Shown: piece after piece, positions 1 through 12,245 of the stretch
How the letters are laid out: each line of letters opens with the position of its first letter
Numbering within the stretch: position 1 is the stretch's first letter
IMG/VR virus record: IMGVR_UViG_3300046542_000227
Location: 1 to 64,000 of that record
Reading direction: 5' to 3' (one strand)
Length of the DNA: 64,000 bases
Program-made: the position numbers and the translations under genes
The notes under the pieces: generated by a model
The model's database searches: none
Told to the model about the DNA's origin: nothing
Seen by the model: only the letters and a program-made list of their open reading frames with translations

Positions 1-2
1 TC

Positions 3-626
3 CCGCCTGATGAGATGATCAAAGAAGGTTCGGTCGAGAAAGCCATTGCGGCAATCAAAGCCCACTTCATGCGTTTGTTCATTCAGGACAACAACATCCT
101 CCCTGCGGTGGGTGTGTTGTACGAGATGGAGAAAGGCAAGCCAGTCTTCAGCCTGCTCGATCACCAAGCCATGGCCTTCGAAAGCCTCGGCACGGTAGTG
201 CAGGAATACGTACACCGTCTCGAAGAAACACGCAAGGAATGGCAGACCAAGTTTGTCAGCACCAGCGATGGTGGGATGGGCGGCGGTACGGATGACTTCG
301 GCGGTGGTACCGACGATACTTTCGGCAATGACGAGCTAGGTGGTGGCACCGATGACTTCGGCATGGGTAACGACACCCTAGGTGGCGGTACTGACGACGA
401 CAGCTTCGGTCCAGGTGGCGATGACGATCTAACGGGTGACGGCGTAGATGGCCAAGACGGTCTGAATGGCGGCGATGATAACCTCAACGCTGAACCAGCA
501 GCCGATGGCTTGAATGCTGAAGAACCTCCGGCAGAAGATGCCAACACCTTCGGAGCTCCAGAACCTGATGCAGAAGAACCTGCTGAAGTGAAGGACGATG
601 AAGAAGACGAAGACAAACTGAAGTAA
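3..626 (+). CDS. C-terminal part of a large gene starting upstream; probable portal protein (phiKZ gp129-like) with acidic Gly/Asp tail
   Basis: Frame is open to the window edge. Helical region is followed by an acidic low-complexity tail with GGGTDDF repeats. Portal call rests on recalled synteny just upstream of the tail-fibre block. Confidence 0.45.
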   Translation, partial: PPDEMIKEGSVEKAIAAIKAHFMRLFIQDNNILPAVGVLYEMEKGKPVFSLLDHQAMAFESLGTVVQEYVHRLEETRKEWQTKFVSTSDGGMGGGTDDFGGGTDDTFGNDELGGGTDDFGMGNDTLGGGTDDDSFGPGGDDDLTGDGVDGQDGLNGGDDNLNAEPAADGLNAEEPPAEDANTFGAPEPDAEEPAEVKDDEEDEDKLK

Positions 627-632
627 GAAACA

Positions 633-672
633 GACATAGGCCCCTCCCCCGAAAGGGAGGGGTTTTATGCCG
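633..672. terminator. Bidirectional intrinsic terminator, CATA...TTTATGCCG family
   Basis: GACATAGG-CCCCTCCC-CCGAAA-GGGAGGGG-TTTTATGCCG between convergent genes. Confidence 0.85.
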
Positions 673-674
673 TG

Positions 675-1574
675 TTAAAGCACAAGTTCCAATACCGGAC
701 GATACAGCCAGCTTGGGTGTGTTTGCGTGAAACCCAATGCACTCAGGACATCGAACTGACCAGTACCACGGGAGATACAGTTTTGGGAGTACGAGTCGGT
801 CGTAAAGAAATAGTTGACGTCATTGAGGTAGTCGAGGTACACCACTGGGTTTTCCGCTAAGAAGGATCTGTTCATGTAGAACGCAGCGAAACATTGGTCG
901 ATCTCACCACCACGTTGATCCACCGAAGTAGAAGAGGTGCTGGTACGATCCGCTCGGCTAATAGGACACCGCACCGTAAAAACATGGTCTCCTTTAGTAA
1001 GTTGGCGTACTTGGTTGAAGCTACCAGGGAAGGCCGTCTTGATTGCTGCCGGGATCAACGATGCATCATTAGAGCCATACATCAGACCGGCTTGATACAC
1101 CTGCTGTGGGGTGATCGACCCGGCCATGCCACCCTGATCCGGAAAGAACAGGATCTTACCGTTGCAGACAAACTTCAACCACTTCGTAGGTTGTACTGCT
1201 GGCCCAGCCCATCCCGTGATACCGAAGTAGGTACGGAAGTCGTTGAAGCCGATAAGTTCATCCATCCCCATCTCACCGAAGAACCCAGCCCGGTAGTCGC
1301 CTTTAAGCAGCGTCTGTGGACCTGGTCCAGTGTATGGCATGAAGCCCAACACTTTATTCAGAGACAGTGATTCGTCAGCCCCAAGGAATGCACCGATCTT
1401 GTAATAGTACACCGTGTTCCGCAGTGCAGTATTGTCGGTGTACTCAAACACGTTGGCAGCCACTGTGGCCAATGGCGCTGGCAATGACGCATCGTTGAGG
1501 GGTGTCAAACTTCGGTAGATGCGAAAACCATCGACTATGGTGTTACGATCCGTCCACTTGATTTTAATGCTCAT
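675..1574 (-). CDS. Virion/tail-associated protein: FN3-like N-domain plus conserved C-domain (paralog 1)
   Basis: N-terminus W..N....F.IYR...P....LA......Y.D......YYY; C-domain GPGPQTL..GD...GFFGE...W.KF...GKILF...RPVLEL shared with neighbours. Confidence 0.75.
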   Translation of the reverse strand: MSIKIKWTDRNTIVDGFRIYRSLTPLNDASLPAPLATVAANVFEYTDNTALRNTVYYYKIGAFLGADESLSLNKVLGFMPYTGPGPQTLLKGDYRAGFFGEMGMDELIGFNDFRTYFGITGWAGPAVQPTKWLKFVCNGKILFFPDQGGMAGSITPQQVYQAGLMYGSNDASLIPAAIKTAFPGSFNQVRQLTKGDHVFTVRCPISRADRTSTSSTSVDQRGGEIDQCFAAFYMNRSFLAENPVVYLDYLNDVNYFFTTDSYSQNCISRGTGQFDVLSALGFTQTHPSWLYRPVLELVL

Positions 1575-1582
1575 ACTGAACC

Positions 1583-2488
1583 TCAGTACTGTAGTTCAAA
1601 GACGGGCAGCCAACCAAAAGAGGCGTTGGGTAGGGTATAACCCGTGATTAGATCATCAATGTTGGAGTTTGCCCCCAGGAGCACTGCGTTGGTCCCTGCA
1701 ATATGCTGTCCGATAAAACGGGTCGTTGGTTTGCCAGCCACATCATCCCACTTACCTTTAAGGTCAGTGCGCGTCGTGGTAAAATACGTGCGGCACATCA
1801 GATCCAGCCACTCACTCTCGGCGTACTGTGGCTCAGCTGTGATATACTGCGACGTCGGTAACGCTGACATCTTAGGTGCTCGCACCATGAAATCGAAACC
1901 CTTCACGGTAACGACGCGTTTTTGATTGACGTTAATGACAACACCACCAGCGATGCCAGCTGGCGCAGAACCAAAACCATCCACGCCATACATCAGTCCG
2001 GCTTGGTATATGAGGTTCCAGCTTACCGCGGTCGATATAGTTGAGTTGGGGATGAAGAGGATCTTGCCGTCCCAGATGTACTTATGCCAGTGGGTAAGTC
2101 CAGACTCAGCCTCGGCAGTGCCGGCACTGAATGCAGTCACGGCACGTGTTTCAGCGACGGTCAGGAACACACCGACCGGAACCCGACCGAAGTACCCGCG
2201 CTTCCAGTCACCACGCAACAGGGTCTGTGGACCAGGTCCCGAGTCAGGGAAATACCCATGGATCTTGTTATCGGTCAAGACAAAGTCATCACCTTTAACC
2301 GCTGCAATGCGGTAGTAGTAAACCACCCCACGAACCACAGTGGCGTCATCATAGGTGGTGGCAGCACCAGCCAGAGTCGCCAGCGGCGCTGGCAGTGTAT
2401 CTGCTGGGATCGGCACTGTGTCACGGTAGATGACGATACTGTCAGCCAGAGCGGCGTTAACATTACGCCATGTTAAACGAATGGACAT
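1583..2488 (-). CDS. Virion/tail-associated protein, paralog 2
   Basis: Same two-domain motifs (SGPGPQTLLRGDWKRGYFG, WHKYIWDGKILFIP, WLPVFEL). Confidence 0.75.
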   Translation of the reverse strand: MSIRLTWRNVNAALADSIVIYRDTVPIPADTLPAPLATLAGAATTYDDATVVRGVVYYYRIAAVKGDDFVLTDNKIHGYFPDSGPGPQTLLRGDWKRGYFGRVPVGVFLTVAETRAVTAFSAGTAEAESGLTHWHKYIWDGKILFIPNSTISTAVSWNLIYQAGLMYGVDGFGSAPAGIAGGVVINVNQKRVVTVKGFDFMVRAPKMSALPTSQYITAEPQYAESEWLDLMCRTYFTTTRTDLKGKWDDVAGKPTTRFIGQHIAGTNAVLLGANSNIDDLITGYTLPNASFGWLPVFELQY

Positions 2489-2498
2489 GACTCACCCC

Positions 2499-3431
2499 TT
2501 ATACGGCCGACTCGATAAGTTCAAGCACTGGCCACCACGACAGGTTGGTGGTACTAAGAATGAGAGCGCGTTGGGAAACAATCTGACGCCCTGCAGTGGC
2601 CGAACCACGGGCGCAGTTGCTGGTCGATGATCCGCGCTCCTGACAGTGGATTGCGTTCGATCCCATACCCATTTGGCCTGAGGTATAGTTGGCGGTGTTC
2701 TGTAGACGTTGTTTGTTCGGTACGAACTGGAACAATGGGTAGATCAAGTCATCCCACTCACAGCTGAACGCATCGCTCGGATCGTTTACGTTCTCTGACG
2801 TTGGTTGGATATCTGTCACCACATCACTGTAACCGGTCATCAACCGTACCAGGTACGTGTCAGGTCCGATCTTCACAGTACGCTTCTGGTTAACCAATGT
2901 ACCCGGCAGGAAGTTACCCTTACCGTTATCATCAGTGCCATAGACCAAACCGGCACTGTAGATCTGCCCCCACTGGATGGTAGTGGCCAACGGTCGGTTA
3001 GGTACGATCAGGATCTTACCCTTACGTACGTATTTGTGCCATGTCGGTTGGGTGGCTGTGGCGTTACCCACGGCCATGTTGAGTGCAGTACGCAACGACA
3101 CAATGTCAATGAAATCAACCGTTGCGATTTCACCGAGATAGCCGTACTCCATGTCACCAGCCACTAACAACTGTGGACCAGGCCCACGACGGTTGGTAGC
3201 AACTACCTTTTGGTTCTGCGATACCGAACGGTCAGTAGCCGAGATAGTTTCGAAGACGTAGTAATAAGTAGCCCCGCGTACAGCAGTCGTGTCAGTCCAC
3301 TCGGACTCACCAGCGGTCAACGTCGCCAGCGCGGTACCGAGGTTAGCACGATCAAGTGGCGCGGCACCACGATAGATCTTTACCGTTACTGCGCCAACGT
3401 TAAGGTTGGTCCATTTTAACTTCAGATTCAT
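2499..3431 (-). CDS. Virion/tail-associated protein, paralog 3
   Basis: Same two-domain motifs (GPGPQLLVAGDMEYGYLGE, WHKYVRKGKILIVP, WWPVLEL). Confidence 0.75.
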   Translation of the reverse strand: MNLKLKWTNLNVGAVTVKIYRGAAPLDRANLGTALATLTAGESEWTDTTAVRGATYYYVFETISATDRSVSQNQKVVATNRRGPGPQLLVAGDMEYGYLGEIATVDFIDIVSLRTALNMAVGNATATQPTWHKYVRKGKILIVPNRPLATTIQWGQIYSAGLVYGTDDNGKGNFLPGTLVNQKRTVKIGPDTYLVRLMTGYSDVVTDIQPTSENVNDPSDAFSCEWDDLIYPLFQFVPNKQRLQNTANYTSGQMGMGSNAIHCQERGSSTSNCARGSATAGRQIVSQRALILSTTNLSWWPVLELIESAV

Positions 3432-3442
3432 GTTCGTATTCC

Positions 3443-4498
3443 TTAAATATTCTCGGTAGTAAAGCCGAAGTCTTCCACTGGGGCAACAGACCAGACGTAT
3501 TGCTGTACCGGGATAGCATCAGCTACTTCAGCTGAGAAGCCGAACTCTTTAAGCGGCGCAACCGAATAGAGTAGATCTTTAGGATCAACCACAAAGTCCG
3601 GGACAGTCGCTACACTGGAGAGGCCGGGACTGTAAGGCACTGCAACGCTATAATCCGTTATCAGAGTATCGCGCAATTGCTCAGGCGCTTGACTGAAGTC
3701 TGCCTGTGTTACGTGAGTAGGTGACTCTAGACCATCGACACTATAAAGCAGATCACGTGGATCCAATGCGATGTCATTAGCATCGATCAGCTCAAACACT
3801 GGACGCCAGTTGCTAGGGTTACCCTTCGGTGTGGTCCCAGCTGTGGAAATGTTAGTGCCGGCACCACGAAGGTTACCGTACGTGGTTACGCTAGCGTAGG
3901 TTTCCTGTACCCATGCACCTAGATCGTTCTGTACACTAAGTTCTGCCGCGGTGTAGGCTGCCCACGTCGGTGCCACACCACCGTTGGAAGGATGTGCGAT
4001 ACGCAGCATCAAACGATCCCATTCGGACCCTGCAGTAAATGCCGCTTGTGCGTTGTTCGGGTCAACGTTAAAACCCTTCAACAAACGAAGCTTCAGCGAC
4101 CACACCTTTGGCCCTTCAGAGATCAGTGCCAGCTTGAACTGATCCACTGGCACAGCCTCAGGGTAAGTACCGTTACCACGCTTACCGTAGATAACGCCAG
4201 CACTATACAACGAGCTCCAGGCAACGTTACGCACAACGTTTCTTTTTGCGATAAAAAGAACTTTGTTGTCGAGGAAGAACTTCAGCCAGACTAGGCCCGA
4301 CTGCATCTCCAGTTGTCCGTTGGCCAGACCAGAGAGCTGGTAGACTTGTTGTGAATCCATTAACTCGGCTGCGGTGACTTCACCGAAGAATCCCGCCGTG
4401 GTATCACCGTACTGTAGGATCTTGGTACCAGGTCCAGAGTCCGGGTAAGCGACCCCACCTGTTTTCTTAGTGCCTATACCCAGTAGTATTTCTAACAT
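3443..4498 (-). CDS. Paralog 4: shared domain at N-terminus, C-terminal beta-strand-like repeats
   Basis: SGPGTKILQYGDTTAGFFGE, WLKFFLDNKVLF, NWRPVFEL, followed by DPRDLLYSV / DPKDLLYSVAP / YVWSVAP repeats. Confidence 0.7.
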   Translation of the reverse strand: MLEILLGIGTKKTGGVAYPDSGPGTKILQYGDTTAGFFGEVTAAELMDSQQVYQLSGLANGQLEMQSGLVWLKFFLDNKVLFIAKRNVVRNVAWSSLYSAGVIYGKRGNGTYPEAVPVDQFKLALISEGPKVWSLKLRLLKGFNVDPNNAQAAFTAGSEWDRLMLRIAHPSNGGVAPTWAAYTAAELSVQNDLGAWVQETYASVTTYGNLRGAGTNISTAGTTPKGNPSNWRPVFELIDANDIALDPRDLLYSVDGLESPTHVTQADFSQAPEQLRDTLITDYSVAVPYSPGLSSVATVPDFVVDPKDLLYSVAPLKEFGFSAEVADAIPVQQYVWSVAPVEDFGFTTENI

Positions 4499-4518
4499 CG
4501 TGACTCCCAGTACTTAAA

Positions 4519-4548
4519 GGCATAGCAGGAGCGCCGGAGCGCTCCTGC
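4519..4548 (-). terminator. Intrinsic terminator (10-bp stem, TATGCC tail)
   Basis: GCAGGAGCGC-CGGA-GCGCTCCTGC just after the stop of 4555..5202. Confidence 0.65.
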
Positions 4549-4554
4549 TTAACC

Positions 4555-5202
4555 TCAAGCGATTAAGGTAGCAGGAATCGTTGGCAGAGCTGCGAGTGTG
4601 CTTGCAGCTTCGATCTGATCCTTCAACACCCAACTAGCGGCGTAGATATTCGAGCCAGCTACCAGAGCAGCATCACACATGGCAAGCAATTCCGCTGGAG
4701 TCAACGGATAGCCCACGTTTTCGGTACTGCGGAACATGGTGGTTTGATCGCTGCTGGCCGCCAACAGGAACTGTGCCAACCCTTTGAGGATGAGCAAGTT
4801 CAAGCGGTCTTCAGGACGGAGTTGAACGCCGAAGATAGTCTCTTCATCTTTCTCATAAATGAAGCCCGAGGCCAGGTCCTTCTCACGCAGCGCCAAGACC
4901 TGATCCGACAGCAGACGTTTACGGTCAGCCAACAGCACCACTTCTTCTGCTGCGGTGTATTCACGCACACTCCAGGTTTGGGTGTACTGACCATCGAGCA
5001 GAGTGGGTGTACCTTCCGTAACCACATCACCGTTAGGGCGGTCAGTAGGGTAAACCACTGCGAAGCCATATTCAGCGAGGCAGTCCTCGGTCGGGTTTTC
5101 AGGGAAGCTGACTTCCGGATTGTCCACGCGCACTTGTTGGAAGTACACCGGGTACGCACCAGTAGCCACTTTAAGCAAAGCAGTACTTGCAGTAATATCC
5201 AT
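4555..5202 (-). CDS. Tail fibre assembly chaperone-like protein (DUF4376-like C-terminus)
   Basis: Directly downstream of the fibre gene. C-terminal pattern F...DN....LT..EL....A.....IY.ASW.LK..I.AA.....L..I is typical of DUF4376/Tfa chaperones. Confidence 0.7.
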   Translation of the reverse strand: MDITASTALLKVATGAYPVYFQQVRVDNPEVSFPENPTEDCLAEYGFAVVYPTDRPNGDVVTEGTPTLLDGQYTQTWSVREYTAAEEVVLLADRKRLLSDQVLALREKDLASGFIYEKDEETIFGVQLRPEDRLNLLILKGLAQFLLAASSDQTTMFRSTENVGYPLTPAELLAMCDAALVAGSNIYAASWVLKDQIEAASTLAALPTIPATLIA

Positions 5203-5220
5203 GATTGTCTCTTTCTGGTG

Positions 5221-5250
5221 AAAGCAAGGGGACCGAAGTCCCCCGCTTTT
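5221..5250 (-). terminator. Intrinsic terminator with UUCG loop
   Basis: Minus strand GGGGAC-TTCG-GTCCCC followed by TTGCTTT, after the fibre stop codon. Confidence 0.6.
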
Positions 5251-5253
5251 AAG

Positions 5254-8406
<3,153 letters not shown>

Positions 8407-8457
8407 TTTTATATCCTCATGGGAAGACCGTCCCGTAGGACGGCCGTACTGCTGAAA

Positions 8458-10179
8458 TTAAACCACTTCTTCCAGCTCAATCTGCATGGTGCCACCGGTG
8501 TTCGACGTGGCGTTTGCGTTGTCGCAGTTGTACCAGGTGTCGTTGGTCAACACGGTGTAGCCGTTTGCCGCTGGTGTCTGGGTGGCCTGGTAGGCGAAGT
8601 TCAAGCTGCCGGTGATGCCTTTCGACAAGTTGGTGCAGCGCAGCTTGCCAGTGTTGGCAACCTTGGTACCGATGGCGGCCTGACGGTTCGGGTAAGCCGG
8701 TACAGTCAGGGTACGGAACACGAAACCACCGATGACGTAATCAGCAGAACCCGTCAGTGCGTTCAACACACGACCCGACAGCGACTTGGCCGACAAGCTG
8801 TTGAAGGTGAACGTGCCTTTAGCGTTGTTGTCGTGGATGGTCAGCGCACGTGTCCAGACCTTCTTGGCGGCGTCGGTAGTCCAAGTACCTTTCCAAGTAC
8901 CTTCCGGAGCGTTCAAGGTTGGCGCTTCGATCAGGGCCTGAGTCGAGGTCAGGGTGATCGTGTGGTCTTGGGCCACGGTACCGTTGTTACCACCCGAACG
9001 CAGACGAGCTGCTGGAGTAGTGACACTGATCTGCGGAGCCACGCTAGCAATCTTGACGATCGCAGTAGCCACTGCTTGTGCACCGTTAGCCGTACGACGA
9101 GCGACCAGCTGAAAGTTAGCCGTCGATTCGTTGTAAGTACCACCGAGCTGGGTAACCTGCTTAGCCGCTTCGAACGTTGCGGTGTTAGCGATGGTCAGTT
9201 GTGCGCCAGGCGAGCTGTAGGTGTAACCGTTGGCGTTGGCCACAGTGTGGTTAACAGTTGCCACGTTGCCGCTATCCAGTGCTTCCTTACCAGCCGGGTA
9301 CGCGATAGTACCGAGGGTGATGATCGGAGCAATGTTGTTCAGCTTGACGTAAGACACGCCATCAGCCTGAGTACCTTGAGCCGAGGTAGAGAACCACGCC
9401 GACCACGTGCCAGAAGCTTTCTTCACACGGATTTGGAAACCCATGTTCTGCGTGGTGTTACCACGGTCTGCTACCACCAGACCCGAGACGTTGTGGATAG
9501 TGCCAGGAGTCAACACACCGGTGGTCGCGATGAACGCGCCAGCGTCTTTGATCTCGTACGCCACGACAGGAGTGTCAGTAACGAAGTTGATCGACAGAAC
9601 GTCGCCAGCTTTAACTTCGGTTTGACCCGAAGGATAACCGCCAGTGAACTTCGCCGAGTCAATACCCGGAGCAGAGTCCATGGTAATGGTGATTTGACCG
9701 GTACCGCCGTCACCGTGGCTAGCCACGACTGCGTACGGAGCCACACCAAGCGTTGCGAGGTCGATGTTTGCCGTACCCCGGAACAAAACGCCATCAGCGC
9801 CCACACGGGCCATAGGGACGGTTACAGTGCCATTGAGCTTCACTACGGGAGTGAAGGCCGATGGACCAGCGATCGCCTCTACAGTAACCTTGACCAACTG
9901 AGTGGAAGTCGAGCAGGTCAGCAGGGTGTGGTTGTCGGTAGTGCGAACGCGGTTGCCCACGTTGTCGATCGGATTAACTGGTTCGACTTCAGTGATGTAA
10001 ATGCAGCCGATAGTACCGGCTTCCGCAGTACCGCCCAGCTTCTCAGCAGCGATACGTTTGTTTTCAAACCCAGTCGGCGAACCAACCTTGGGCACGATAA
10101 TCTCAAGAAACTCACCACCCGCCAGATCGTCATGTACGGGTAGGGCCGAGATTTTACCTTCGTCTTCTGCAGCAGCCAT
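8458..10179 (-). CDS. Ig-like beta-sandwich repeat virion protein (fibre/decoration), likely start MAAAED at 10179
   Basis: Thr/Gly/Val-rich beta-strand pattern; N-terminal KISALP...L.GGEFLEII fibre-anchor-like motif; AAGG RBS 8 nt before ATG 10179. Confidence 0.6.
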   Translation of the reverse strand: MAAAEDEGKISALPVHDDLAGGEFLEIIVPKVGSPTGFENKRIAAEKLGGTAEAGTIGCIYITEVEPVNPIDNVGNRVRTTDNHTLLTCSTSTQLVKVTVEAIAGPSAFTPVVKLNGTVTVPMARVGADGVLFRGTANIDLATLGVAPYAVVASHGDGGTGQITITMDSAPGIDSAKFTGGYPSGQTEVKAGDVLSINFVTDTPVVAYEIKDAGAFIATTGVLTPGTIHNVSGLVVADRGNTTQNMGFQIRVKKASGTWSAWFSTSAQGTQADGVSYVKLNNIAPIITLGTIAYPAGKEALDSGNVATVNHTVANANGYTYSSPGAQLTIANTATFEAAKQVTQLGGTYNESTANFQLVARRTANGAQAVATAIVKIASVAPQISVTTPAARLRSGGNNGTVAQDHTITLTSTQALIEAPTLNAPEGTWKGTWTTDAAKKVWTRALTIHDNNAKGTFTFNSLSAKSLSGRVLNALTGSADYVIGGFVFRTLTVPAYPNRQAAIGTKVANTGKLRCTNLSKGITGSLNFAYQATQTPAANGYTVLTNDTWYNCDNANATSNTGGTMQIELEEVV

Positions 10180-10271
10180 GTCAGTTACCTTTTGGCTTAG
10201 TGGGTTTACGATATTCCAGGGTGACCTTTTATACTGAGCACGGCTCCATAACCCGGAAATGAAAATCGTCA

Positions 10272-10275
10272 CATA
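10272..10275 (-). promoter_or_regulatory. Possible late promoter TATG
   Basis: TATG in an AT-rich intergenic segment downstream of a terminator. phiKZ late promoters use TATG, but a 4-mer alone is weak evidence. Confidence 0.4.
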
Positions 10276-10297
10276 GATAAAAGTATTTTTCTTCGGA

Positions 10298-10330
10298 CGG
10301 CATAAAGCCCGCCGAAGCGGGCCGTATGTT
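10298..10330 (-). terminator. Intrinsic terminator, TTTATGCCG family
   Basis: Minus strand AACATACG-GCCCGC-TTCG-GCGGGC-TTTATGCCG right after the endolysin stop. Confidence 0.85.
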
Positions 10331-11175
10331 TAGACGTAGGACGAGTACAGTTTGAAGGCATCCGACAGTTTCGTGTCGTACTGGTTTTCCTTATAAGCAG
10401 CACCGTTATACAGCCGTGCCACCTCAGCCCAGTTAAGGGCCTTGAGTGCATTCCAGAGTCCTTTCTGGCTCTTGATGAAACGCACGAAGCATTCGAGTTG
10501 ATTCGCCTCGCTCAGCGAGATGAACTTCACGAAGTCAGTGACGGAGTCAAAGCCAAGCAGTTCCCAGTGGAAACCCATGATCTGGTACGCACCCCATGAG
10601 CACGATTCCCAGGCAGCTTCCTTACTGATCTTCATGGCATTCTCAAGACGCAGCCACTCCTTCTCCCCACCCAGGTAACCACCACGAGCGGTGTTTACTA
10701 GGCCGGGCTGCTCCCGCATTGCTTTAGCCGGGTCTACCCCATAGTCCTTCACTTCACGATACATGATGTGGCGTTCATACAGAATCGCCACTTTGCCGCT
10801 TGGCAGGAAGCCAGTACCTTTGGACTCAACCGAGTTCACTGCCATCACAGCAGCGGTAGGTACCCCCAAAGACTTCGCTGCAGCAGCAATGTCATCCTGG
10901 CACAGATACTTGTGGGACTGCTCAGCCGAAGCCAAGAGCCCCATCGTTTTTGGACCGACCACGCCATCGACGACCAACTTAGCAGTCTTCTGGAAAGCGA
11001 TTACGGCATCGTAAGTCTTCTGCCCAAAGCCACCATCGGGAGTCCCGATGTCGTAGCCTGCGTTCATTAAGTGTTTTTGCAGATCGATGACTGCTGGGCC
11101 TTTATCCCCTCGTCGCAATACCGCGTCTTTGAGGAACGTGGCCCGGTGTTCGACGCCTAGCGCTTCTGTCGTCAT
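10330..11175 (-). CDS. Modular endolysin: PG_binding_1 domain plus DUF3380-type N-acetylmuramidase
   Basis: LRRGDKG..V..LQ..L...GY.....DG.FG..T..AV.AFQ....L.VDG.VGP.T; ILYERH catalytic region; SWG.YQIMGFHW..LG. Confidence 0.9.
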   Translation of the reverse strand: MTTEALGVEHRATFLKDAVLRRGDKGPAVIDLQKHLMNAGYDIGTPDGGFGQKTYDAVIAFQKTAKLVVDGVVGPKTMGLLASAEQSHKYLCQDDIAAAAKSLGVPTAAVMAVNSVESKGTGFLPSGKVAILYERHIMYREVKDYGVDPAKAMREQPGLVNTARGGYLGGEKEWLRLENAMKISKEAAWESCSWGAYQIMGFHWELLGFDSVTDFVKFISLSEANQLECFVRFIKSQKGLWNALKALNWAEVARLYNGAAYKENQYDTKLSDAFKLYSSYV

Positions 11176-11196
11176 CTTAAGTTTTCCTTGCTGTGT

Positions 11197-11745
11197 TTAT
11201 TGGTTCTCCAATCGACGCGTTATTCCGTTTTCAAGCAGGCGCACGGTGCCGTCCTCAAGTAGTCGGAGTCCGAGTTCTTCTGGAGTAGTGTTGACGTAGA
11301 TGGGAACCCAGCCGTAATAAGCAAAGCTCGTACCGAGCATGATCAGCGTATAGACGGTGGCATTATGTTTCGTCATGGGTTGATAGGACACCTCCACATC
11401 ATCGTGGTTTAGGTGCATGTTGAACTTACGGTTGATCTCAGCAACGACCTTAGCCGAAGTGATGGTACCATCGAGTTCGATCCGTACGAACGGCTCATCC
11501 TCGGCGGTGTATTCGCGCAATACTTTGGCGATGTCCAGACGACGGAACAGGAACGGGCGTTTCTTACCCGTCCGCAGGTTAGTCATCTCGATATAGGTAC
11601 GACCTGGCTCCTCCTCGCTGGGGGAGAAGTACATGTCTTCAAACAGGACATAATCGTCCAGCAACTCTTCGGAAGGCCGATCGCGTCGGATCAGCTCAAC
11701 CAACGCCTGCCGTGATGGTAGGTCGAAGGGAAAACGCAGGCTCAT
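11197..11745 (-). CDS. phiKZ-family virion structural protein (baseplate-attachment-type domain)
   Basis: F.RLDI...EINRKFNM.L..DD...S..YYG pattern, also at the N-terminus of 38411..40114; C-terminal RLLEDG/RLLENG repeat. Confidence 0.55.
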   Translation of the reverse strand: MSLRFPFDLPSRQALVELIRRDRPSEELLDDYVLFEDMYFSPSEEEPGRTYIEMTNLRTGKKRPFLFRRLDIAKVLREYTAEDEPFVRIELDGTITSAKVVAEINRKFNMHLNHDDVEVSYQPMTKHNATVYTLIMLGTSFAYYGWVPIYVNTTPEELGLRLLEDGTVRLLENGITRRLENQ

Positions 11746-11807
11746 GACGAGTCCTCATGAAAGTGAAATTGGCACATAGCATTATCCCAGACGGCAAAAA
11801 CCCCCGC

Positions 11808-12245
11808 CTATGCGGCAGGGGCTGGGGTTGCTTGTTGTGCGTCGGACCAAAGCTGTGCAACAAACTTCAGTAGATCAAAGAACTGAGTGAGGGTGAACTT
11901 GAAGATATCCCACATCTCAGGACTGATGGTAGTGTCGCCGTAAACCACCGCCATGGCCAAAACGATCACTACCAGTGTAAGCGTAGCTGCACCAAACAAC
12001 ATGACCTGCTTGTACAGATCGGTTCCACGGACCACACCCAGGTTGTGTTCGAGCAACGCCGTACGTTTGGCTTCGTTCACAATCTTGTAAACTTGGCTGA
12101 GTACGATGTAACCCGGGGTGTCCTTATCGATGGTGCTCCCCTTCTTCCCCAGAGATGCCAGCACAATCGCCCGTATTGCGGCCGAGTATGGACTGGAGTT
12201 AAGTGGTCTATCACCGAGAGAGATCAGCGCCTCCTGCAGTGTCAT
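11808..12245 (-). CDS. Membrane protein, holin candidate (likely start MTLQE at 12245)
   Basis: One strong TM (VMLFGAATLTLVVIVLAMAVVY) plus an amphipathic C-terminal helix; GGAG RBS 7 nt upstream; lies between spanins and endolysin. Confidence 0.45.
   Translation of the reverse strand: MTLQEALISLGDRPLNSSPYSAAIRAIVLASLGKKGSTIDKDTPGYIVLSQVYKIVNEAKRTALLEHNLGVVRGTDLYKQVMLFGAATLTLVVIVLAMAVVYGDTTISPEMWDIFKFTLTQFFDLLKFVAQLWSDAQQATPAPAA

Noticed and set aside
675-4498. Diversity-generating retroelement acting on the paralog array
   Set aside because: No reverse transcriptase, and no near-identical template/variable repeat pair differing only at adenines, is visible in this window. The paralogs differ at all positions.
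10180-10272. Extended N-terminus from GTG 10272 for the Ig-like protein
   Set aside because: That GTG overlaps the putative TATG promoter and has no RBS. ATG 10179 has one.
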